A stretch of 60,218 nucleotides of DNA from Spirochaetota bacterium (GTDB taxonomy: Bacteria > Spirochaetota > UBA4802 > JAGODF01), in contig DAIUCD010000027.1 of assembly GCA_036846345.1 (NCBI GenBank), positions 1-60,218 on the forward strand. The letters are read 5' to 3'. How positions within the stretch are numbered: the stretch's first letter is position 1; every line of letters begins with the position of its first letter. The position numbers were made by a program, and so were the translations under genes. Below are positions 11,601 through 17,661 of this stretch, piece after piece. Below the pieces are notes generated by a model. The model saw nothing but the letters and a program-made list of their open reading frames with translations, had not been told where the DNA came from and ran no database searches.

Positions 11601-12508
11601 TTGAAGATGTCCCTGACCGTGGCAGCCAGGTCCAGGATCATTCCGTTGCCCGTACCCCCCACTATGGAGCAGGTGATAAAGATGGAGATCTGCCCCTTGC
11701 GCTTGAAGTGCCGCACCCGGAAGCTGAAGGGACGGTTCTCGAAACGGGAACCGCTGATCTCGAAATAGTGCCCCTTCTCATCGGAGGGGAAATTATCAAT
11801 GGCCACCTTCCCCGTAATATGGGGACAGAGCAGCGCCCTGGTCGGCTGATCGGGTTCCAATGCCACGATGGCATGATCCTGCGGGATCTTTTCCGAAAAA
11901 TAATACCGGTCCACCCCCCTCCTGGCGGTAAACTGTATCACCTCATCCTTCTTGTCCTGCTCCTCCTTGATGTCCAGGAGCTGGAAATACTTCGGATCGT
12001 CCGAAAGGGTGGAAAGCCGGTCGCGCTCCTTGATCAGGGCGTCCCGTATGCGCGCCTCGTTGTCGAAATAGGCCAGGCGGCCCAGGGGGCGCGTCTGATT
12101 GGCGCCCTGTCCGGCACGGGTGGAAACATCGTAGACATCGGGATTGGGAAGCCAGTCGAAGCAGGGATCGTTCTTGTATTTGTCCCGAAGGTAATCCAGG
12201 GAAAGGTCCGGAGGTGTGGGGGAGGAGATATAGAGCATCCTCTTTTCCTCCTGAAAGAACTGGTCGGAGGGAAACCGGTAGAATCCCCCCTTGCCCTCAA
12301 TGCTCGTCTCGATGTCGGTGGTGTCGATGCCCACCCAGCGCATGTACCGGTAGGCCTCCGAGGGCATGCTGGATTCGATCCATTTCTTGGCGGCCAGCAC
12401 TCCTTTCATACCGGAACCGCCCACACCGATAATGATGGATTTCCTTACGGTGGGTTTGTCATCCTTGATGACCCTCTGTATGGAACCGTGGAGATCGTCC
12501 TTGCCCAT
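8675..12508 (-). CDS. Giant FtsZ/tubulin-superfamily GTPase-domain protein with a long alpha-helical (coiled-coil-rich) C-terminal extension
   Basis: 1277 aa. There is a T1-like glycine loop (SIIIGVGGSGMKGVLAA) and a T4 tubulin-signature-like loop in the FtsZ context (IFITCSIVGGTGNGMILDLA, compared with FtsZ FITAGMGGGTGTG and tubulin GGGTGSGMG). A possible T7-like segment is YLLDVENMAGN. The remaining ~800 residues are charged and helical. A 4-nt gap separates it from the upstream gene and a 23-nt overlap joins it to the downstream lipoprotein. Confidence 0.7.
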   Translation of the reverse strand: MGKDDLHGSIQRVIKDDKPTVRKSIIIGVGGSGMKGVLAAKKWIESSMPSEAYRYMRWVGIDTTDIETSIEGKGGFYRFPSDQFFQEEKRMLYISSPTPPDLSLDYLRDKYKNDPCFDWLPNPDVYDVSTRAGQGANQTRPLGRLAYFDNEARIRDALIKERDRLSTLSDDPKYFQLLDIKEEQDKKDEVIQFTARRGVDRYYFSEKIPQDHAIVALEPDQPTRALLCPHITGKVAIDNFPSDEKGHYFEISGSRFENRPFSFRVRHFKRKGQISIFITCSIVGGTGNGMILDLAATVRDIFKDYWPAPRIYGILVLPSAFKRVVYNRNARANAYAALKEIDYFMSGNSFRARYPSGREVEVPDRVFDDGMLYLLDVENMAGNSLQGRDQVQELTGQFISTFVASTVGGAIEERMVNDSTRASIYLPKSENSRRKAAYNSFGISRVIYPVPRLKEMGYKITAVKMTAAFLKNVESRLLLETMGDLNRGLVRALRLNCRLIFERMYPDYKMDTDTEFRSYQKKIEGAVQKGDPRGVVMVMESILRDYGKEELEKIKRNLLTRMEKRYQLELEKMRSVLTAEIHKFIKDPQKGFLFAEAVINLLLEKLELYQKKYYKERVALARYSTEEMEKLVEMVESGGLSDTSLPQALIEMAQFNFSQLTFEAMLTSAESFVRDFKALLFNLKNIEVNILKDKVVALLNQMKEDIEKDKFDLLEKKNPLYFYLINAGEIDTFLERYFYSRLSIEDLCNDIDFVQMDREDDKEQFIETYLIATEGLSVLEMSGAEVKELIQSQYGNLLEKSLEEIKQVLYGTEGATMEDGYNLSEASILKINIEKIRKKIFKIIHSRFEGFNFENISIKQMLDEKKIPLKKLLEKLDGYSRPYIYIDPTGLESMEYYRTVTNFPIDTYEGGDDPGEGAVNDLPERMDHYKKRELAQPNISVETFEVPNLCKPYEIISIGILLGYPIFKINSLKDSAADYHALIEEKSHPLHCFNHPDFDARYFQDPFRITNYLNPARLWAGLVLLKVLEKEGDVYRYEGVLADLLKDIEAREDYKKVVLGVEKKILDSGGYENPSIDSLMDAVNALGMLARNPSSNTFQFRREYSLVIRDILDGDGTGDRAREQNMTKDQYIEKFVKAPEFNNMEELVFFLENESGVRNFLVNAIRDTITKSRETVSAGAHVTLPKWKIDQVELPTFKDKFAFYDYFEKRGSLEWQNLLKNRLFEKLNSYVTSSKFRLESDPTLLDRNKVGEFLDSLNLKLPDIVLWEVKVENKIIK

Positions 12509-12512
12509 GGGA

Positions 12513-13397
12513 TTACCCCGTCGTGAACGGATCGATCATCGGGTAGAGACCGTCGTCCGTGGGTGCCCCCGTATCGTATCCGGGATAGATTTTATACAGC
12601 CGAATGAGAAAGTTCTTCTCCACCTTGGGAATGTTGGCCTTGGTCTTCACCTCATAGTCCTGTGTAAAGAGATGGAACTCGAAGTAGCCCCGGGTGAACT
12701 TGCCGTCCTGGTTGAGCCGGTCGCCCACCCGGAACCTGACCGGGTTTTTGGGCTCCAGGGAAGGGAAGGTGGGATCCCCCGCCTCGTCCGGCTGCCGCCT
12801 TACATAAATTCTCTCGCGGGATCCCATCTCCCTGAAACCCTCCAGGCCGGGATAGTAGATGAGGGTCTTGCCGTCCCGCCGCAGGTCCAGCTGATATTCT
12901 TCCACGATGATGTCCGGCATCTCATAAATGTCCCTGTCCCTCTGCCCCTCGATGATGCGGATGAAAACGCTGAGATGATTGTCCATGATTTCAGTGGAGA
13001 AGGTCTTGATGTTACCCTCCGTCTGGCCGATGGTGATGAGTTTTTCCAGAACGTGCTCCTGGGCCAGGGAAAACTTGAAGATCAGCCCGGGATCGGGGAG
13101 TTCCTTGGGTGTGACCTTCCCCTGCACGGCAGGGCGGGCAGGCGTGGGTGCCGCTGCGGGTTTTTCCTCCGCAGGCATCGCCTTGCTCTTACCCGGCATG
13201 ATTTTCTTTCGTATGGCGTGAAATCCCGTACTCAGCTTCCGCTGAAGCACCACGACGATAATCAGAAGAACGATGACAAAGATCAGCGCGAAAACCAGGT
13301 ACTGATAGAAATCGATTTTCTTCTCCAGTTCGTAAATTCTGGGATCTATGTGCGTCATCTGGAAAAAACGGTGTAACAGCTGAATCATATCCGCCAC
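12513..13397 (-). CDS. Single-pass membrane protein with a Pro/Ala-rich linker and a C-terminal globular domain (ZipA-like architecture)
   Basis: 294 aa. Short cytoplasmic N-terminus, one TM helix (YLVFALIFVIVLLIIVVVL), a basic Pro/Ala-rich linker (…AEEKPAAAPTPARPAVQGKVTPKELPDPG…) and a ~190-aa C-terminal domain. Its stop lies 4 nt before the start of the FtsZ/tubulin-like gene. Confidence 0.65.
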   Translation of the reverse strand: MADMIQLLHRFFQMTHIDPRIYELEKKIDFYQYLVFALIFVIVLLIIVVVLQRKLSTGFHAIRKKIMPGKSKAMPAEEKPAAAPTPARPAVQGKVTPKELPDPGLIFKFSLAQEHVLEKLITIGQTEGNIKTFSTEIMDNHLSVFIRIIEGQRDRDIYEMPDIIVEEYQLDLRRDGKTLIYYPGLEGFREMGSRERIYVRRQPDEAGDPTFPSLEPKNPVRFRVGDRLNQDGKFTRGYFEFHLFTQDYEVKTKANIPKVEKNFLIRLYKIYPGYDTGAPTDDGLYPMIDPFTTG

Positions 13398-13448
13398 TCC
13401 TCTTTATATTGGACCGTCACGAAAACCGGAAGCCTTTCTGATTTCATT

Positions 13449-14795
13449 TCAGAGCTGTAGGGCCCGGACGAAAGTATCCGTGGACCCGAAATAGGCTATA
13501 CCGTCCACGATGACCGGTTCCCCGTTGACGTTTCCGTCCGTTGAAAACTTAAAGATCATTTTGCCCGTCCTGACATCCAGCCCGTAAAAGTGATTGTCTT
13601 CTGCCCCGAAGCATATCGTATTTCCCTCGACAAGCGCCTGGGTGCGGATCTTCGCCCCGGTTTTATGAGCCCAGACCTGCTTGCCCGCATGATTGAGACA
13701 ATAGAAGTTCCCATTGTCCGCACCGAAGAAAAAATATTCCTCGTTACCCATCAAATGGGAGATAATACCGCTGTATACCGGTGCCTTTACGATAAAGACC
13801 CAGCGTACGGCCCCGCTCTCCCGGTGAAGGGAAAAGACGCACCCGTCGATGGACGCGGCAGTGACCGAATCCCCCTTCTGGGATATGCAGGGTTTCACCC
13901 GGACAGCTTCATTGGCGGGATAGTCCCAGATCATGTCCACCTTGCTCCCGCCGTAATTGAGGGCGTAGAGATGCCGGTCCTCGGTACCTACATAGATAAC
14001 ACCGGAACTGAGCGCGGGGCTGGAGACCGTTCCGCTGAGGGCGTACTGCCAGAGAATCTTCCCGATGGCCTTGTTGGACTCATCCTGATAGTAGGCTTCG
14101 TAGGCATTGAGCCCCTTGAGGGCCGCCACGATGAGGATCTTCCCAGTGGCGATGGGCTCAGTGAGAATACCGCTGCCCGCCGCACCCTGCCAGAGCACCT
14201 CCGGCTTGAGCGGAGCCCCACCCTCGCGGTGAGCCGCTAATCCCAGCCGAACAGCGTAGATGTTGCCTTCCCGCGTGGTGCAGTAGAGCACGTCCCCGGC
14301 AATGGCCGGCCTTCGTATGATGGAACCCGTAAGCTTGAACTGAACCACCGGTTTCAGCCCGTCTGCTTCGGATCTCAGCACATGCACCTCTCCCGTCTTG
14401 TTGGCAGCGGCCACCAGGGTCAGCCCTTCAGGGGTCTGCACCCGAACCAGCCCCGCCACGATGGGAGCCTTTGTTTTAAAACTGCCGATCTCCCTGCCGC
14501 TGCCTTCCCGCGGCTCTTCAGAAGAGTCCCCCGATTCCAGGTCGCTCAGGGTGTTCGAACTGGAATCCAGGCTTCTCAGTGAAAAGCTCTCATTGACCGC
14601 CAAATCCTTCTTGGGATCGAAGGGCTTGAGGGGTTTGACATGTTTATTCGGGCTCATCAGGCTATCCGTACCGGTATCAAGTTTCCTTTTTATACTATGT
14701 TCCATCTCAGCCGTCAAGCTGAAAATCCCGAAGACGGAAAAAGGCACCCTGTTCGGAGGAAGTGCCTCTGCCCCTTGATGCCGCTTCTTTTTCAT
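13449..14795 (-). CDS. PQQ-repeat (BamB-like) beta-propeller protein
   Basis: The six-frame ORF extends to 15548, but its N-terminal 251 codons are low-complexity and overlap a well-supported plus-strand amidohydrolase. I place the start at the ATG at 14795 (MKKKRHQG…). The C-terminal ~400 aa carry repeated …G.VYVG…D..LYAL… PQQ-type blades. Confidence 0.65.
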   Translation of the reverse strand: MKKKRHQGAEALPPNRVPFSVFGIFSLTAEMEHSIKRKLDTGTDSLMSPNKHVKPLKPFDPKKDLAVNESFSLRSLDSSSNTLSDLESGDSSEEPREGSGREIGSFKTKAPIVAGLVRVQTPEGLTLVAAANKTGEVHVLRSEADGLKPVVQFKLTGSIIRRPAIAGDVLYCTTREGNIYAVRLGLAAHREGGAPLKPEVLWQGAAGSGILTEPIATGKILIVAALKGLNAYEAYYQDESNKAIGKILWQYALSGTVSSPALSSGVIYVGTEDRHLYALNYGGSKVDMIWDYPANEAVRVKPCISQKGDSVTAASIDGCVFSLHRESGAVRWVFIVKAPVYSGIISHLMGNEEYFFFGADNGNFYCLNHAGKQVWAHKTGAKIRTQALVEGNTICFGAEDNHFYGLDVRTGKMIFKFSTDGNVNGEPVIVDGIAYFGSTDTFVRALQL

Positions 14796-14813
14796 TGACC
14801 CCGGGAAGGGGAT

Positions 14814-15698
14814 GTGGTATCTCTTGACAGGGGGGATCCATTTTCCCTTATCGCGTGGTGGACCATGATTATAGATTTTCACACTCATATTTTTCCCGGT
14901 GATGTGCGGCGGCAGGAGGTCTTCCGCTCGGACCCGGCCTTTCAAGGCCTCTACGGAAGCGAGAAGGCCCGCCTTTCGGATCACGGGGGACTGCTTTCCC
15001 TCATGGACCGGGAGGGGGTGGACCGTTCCGTCTGCATGGGTTTCCCCTGGCAGGAGGAGGAGGCCTGCGAGCTTCACAACGGCTACCTGCTGCGGGCCCG
15101 TGAAGAAACCGGAGGGCGACTCATCCCCTTCGGAAGCGTCCCCCGGACGAGGGGAGCCCCCCTGAGACGATGGATCGAGGGGATGAAACAGCAGGGATTC
15201 TCCGGGATCGGCGAGATGGCCTTCTACGACGGGGGTCTCGACAGAAGAAGCGCCCTCTTCCTGGAAGAGGTCCTGCTCATTGCCGGCGGGCAGAAACTGC
15301 CGATCTGCCTCCATGTCAACGAGCCGGTGGGGCATCCCTACCCCGGCAAGTACGAACCCTCCCTGGGAGCGCTCTACGAAATCATCACCCGGGCGCCCGA
15401 AACCACTATCATCCTCTCCCACTGGGGCGGGGGACTTCCCTTCTACGAACTCATGCCGGAGGTAAAGCGCAATTTCGGGAATGTCTGCTACGACACGGCG
15501 GCCTCCCCCTATCTCTACGGCGACGGGATTTACGGGATAGCCGGTCAAATAATTTCCTTTCAGAGGATTCTTTTCGGAAGCGACGCCCCCCTCCTGAAGC
15601 CAGGCCGGTATATCGAGTCCATTCGTGCCGCTTTTCCCGTCCCTGAGGAACAGGAGGCCGTACTCGGGGGCAACGCCCTTCGATTGCTGGGCCTATAA
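14814..15698 (+). CDS. Amidohydrolase-family (TIM-barrel metal-dependent hydrolase) protein
   Basis: 294 aa. MIIDFHTHIFP… (HxH metal ligands), then …LHVNE…, ILSHWGGG and LFGSDAP motifs typical of amidohydrolase-2-type enzymes. The start may instead be the internal ATG at 14865. Confidence 0.75.
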   Translation: MVSLDRGDPFSLIAWWTMIIDFHTHIFPGDVRRQEVFRSDPAFQGLYGSEKARLSDHGGLLSLMDREGVDRSVCMGFPWQEEEACELHNGYLLRAREETGGRLIPFGSVPRTRGAPLRRWIEGMKQQGFSGIGEMAFYDGGLDRRSALFLEEVLLIAGGQKLPICLHVNEPVGHPYPGKYEPSLGALYEIITRAPETTIILSHWGGGLPFYELMPEVKRNFGNVCYDTAASPYLYGDGIYGIAGQIISFQRILFGSDAPLLKPGRYIESIRAAFPVPEEQEAVLGGNALRLLGL

Positions 15699-15745
15699 AC
15701 CATCCCGGCGAAAGGAGATGCGAAGCACAGCACCTCAGGGGGATT

Positions 15746-16840
15746 TTATCTCCCCAGGCTGATACCGATCGCCTCAGCGCATTGAATGAGCTGCGAATCG
15801 GCAGGCACTGTGCGGACCTTCCCAGCCAGCTCTTCCAGGGGCACCAGTACGATGTCCGGAGTACGGAGGGCCACCATGGTCCCGAATTTTCCTTCCGCCG
15901 CGGCGCGCACCGCGTGACTGCCCAGACGTGTCCCCAGCACCCGGTCGAAGGCACAGGGCGAACCGCCGCGCTGTATATGCCCTAAAACGGTGCATCGCAC
16001 CTCCAGGTCTATACGTTTCTTGATCTCCTCAGCCAGGTAGGCCCCCACTCCGCCAAGCTGGGGTACTCCCTGCAGACGGGTGGTAGCGGAGGCCTGGGTA
16101 ATCACATCCCCCCCCTCCTCCTTGGCCCCCTCGGCCACCATGATGATGCTGAAGGGACTGCCCCCCTGGGCTCGGAACTTGATCTTCTCCACCACCCGGT
16201 CGATGTTGTAGGGCACCTCGGGGATGAGTATGATATGCGCCCCTCCGGCGATCCCCGATTCCAGGGCGATCCATCCCGCCGTGCGGCCCATCACCTCCAG
16301 GATCATAACCCGCTGATGGCTCCGGCCCGTGGTGTGCAGGCGGTCCATCGCGTCGCAGGCCACTTCCACGGCGGTCTGGAATCCGAAAGTGTAATCCGTC
16401 TTGTCCAGATCATTGTCGATGGTCTTGGGGATGCCGATGACCCGGGCGCCCTTTTTATGGAACCGGTATCCGATCTCCAGAGTCCCCTCCCCGCCGACCA
16501 CGAACAGGCAGTCCAGTTTAAGCTTGTTGTAGATCTCCAGGGCCCTGTCTGAGTAATCGCTGACTGTGATGGAACCGTCGGGCTGCAGTTCCCGGTATTC
16601 GAAGGGGTTCCCTTTATTAGTGGTGCCCAGTACGGTTCCCCCCAGGGTAAGGATGTCCCTGGTGGAGCGCACCGTAAGCTCCTGGGTATGGCCGTTGATG
16701 AGTCCCTCAAACCCCCCCTCGATCCCCACAACCTCGGCTTTATGCCCGATGACCGCCGCGCGGGTCACGCCGCGGATCACCGCGTTGAGCCCTGAGCAGT
16801 CGCCACCGCCCGTTAGAATACCGACCCTTTTTAGCGCCAT
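15746..16840 (-). CDS. pfk: 6-phosphofructokinase
   Basis: The ORF is open to 16945. The likely start is at 16840 (MALKRVGILTGGGDCSGLNAVIRGV…). PFK-family motifs follow: GGEGT, PKTIDNDL, MGR.AG. I cannot tell ATP- from PPi-dependence by eye. Confidence 0.85.
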   Translation of the reverse strand: MALKRVGILTGGGDCSGLNAVIRGVTRAAVIGHKAEVVGIEGGFEGLINGHTQELTVRSTRDILTLGGTVLGTTNKGNPFEYRELQPDGSITVSDYSDRALEIYNKLKLDCLFVVGGEGTLEIGYRFHKKGARVIGIPKTIDNDLDKTDYTFGFQTAVEVACDAMDRLHTTGRSHQRVMILEVMGRTAGWIALESGIAGGAHIILIPEVPYNIDRVVEKIKFRAQGGSPFSIIMVAEGAKEEGGDVITQASATTRLQGVPQLGGVGAYLAEEIKKRIDLEVRCTVLGHIQRGGSPCAFDRVLGTRLGSHAVRAAAEGKFGTMVALRTPDIVLVPLEELAGKVRTVPADSQLIQCAEAIGISLGR

Positions 16841-17204
16841 ATCACCCCTCCCTTTTTTTATATTAATCAGCCATACTTCTCTTGTAACACTCCGAACGGA
16901 AAGAGTCAAGGATTGCTGTGCTGAAAAAAATCTCAGTTGGATCAACGCCCGCTCTTCAGGGATATGTCTGCATCCTTTCTCATGGTAACAGGATAATGGC
17001 GACGCCTTCTATCGCACACATTTTTTAAAAAAGCCCCGGATATCGCTCTCCTCTCAGGGCGGCATCACCGGAACGGATATTTCCCAGGTATGCTGAGCAA
17101 GGCCCCCATCACTGTTATGCGAGAATAGATGAAAATTACCGAACTGCCCCTGGATAAGCCGCTATCAGGCAGAGGTGAGACTTTTTCAGGTAATTACAGA
17201 CAGA

Positions 17205-17235
17205 AAGCCCCTTTGACGTTTCCGCCAAGGGGCTT
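17205..17235. terminator. Possible terminator hairpin downstream of the small lipoprotein gene
   Basis: 9-bp perfect stem aagcccctt / aaggggctt with a 13-nt loop, 30 nt past the stop of the 17263..17553 gene. The U-tract is weak. Confidence 0.35.
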
Positions 17236-17262
17236 CTTATCGAAACGGGAAAGAGCAACCCT

Positions 17263-17553
17263 CTACTTCTTTAAATCCTCTTTTATCTTCGTATTCTTCA
17301 AACGGATGATACCGAGCTGTTCTTTGAGCTTCTCATCCGTTTTGGCCCTTTCCTCGAATTTCAGATACTGGTCCAGACTGTAGCCGTATTTTTTCGCGAT
17401 GGCCTCCTTGGACTGCGATGACAGGTCGGTGCGAATTACCTCATTCTCCATTTTCAGGAAATCATCCGGCGTGATGTCCCTGGAAGACGGTTTGCAGGAC
17501 AGGGCAATGACAGCAGCCAGTACGGCGAACAAGATGGTTTTCAAATAATTCAT
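17263..17553 (-). CDS. Small lipoprotein (97 aa), unknown function
   Basis: Internal start MNYLKTILFAVLAAVIALSC at 17553. Signal peptide and lipobox, Lys/Glu-rich mature part. Confidence 0.5.
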   Translation of the reverse strand: MNYLKTILFAVLAAVIALSCKPSSRDITPDDFLKMENEVIRTDLSSQSKEAIAKKYGYSLDQYLKFEERAKTDEKLKEQLGIIRLKNTKIKEDLKK

Positions 17554-17661
17554 ACGTCCCCTCCCTTGAATTTCCTTTATGATATCTCTTGAAACCAATT
17601 CAGGACTGCCTTGCGGATACATATTTCTACAGCCTGCGAAGCAGGCCGTCAAGAAGAATTT

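Noticed and set aside
12366-13376. 336-aa plus-strand ORF opposite the ZipA-like membrane protein gene
   Set aside because: Antisense to a gene with coherent TM/linker/domain architecture and operon coupling.
14796-15548. Upstream 251 codons of the 699-aa PQQ ORF
   Set aside because: They overlap the plus-strand amidohydrolase (HxH, SDAP motifs) and are low-complexity. The start was moved to 14795.
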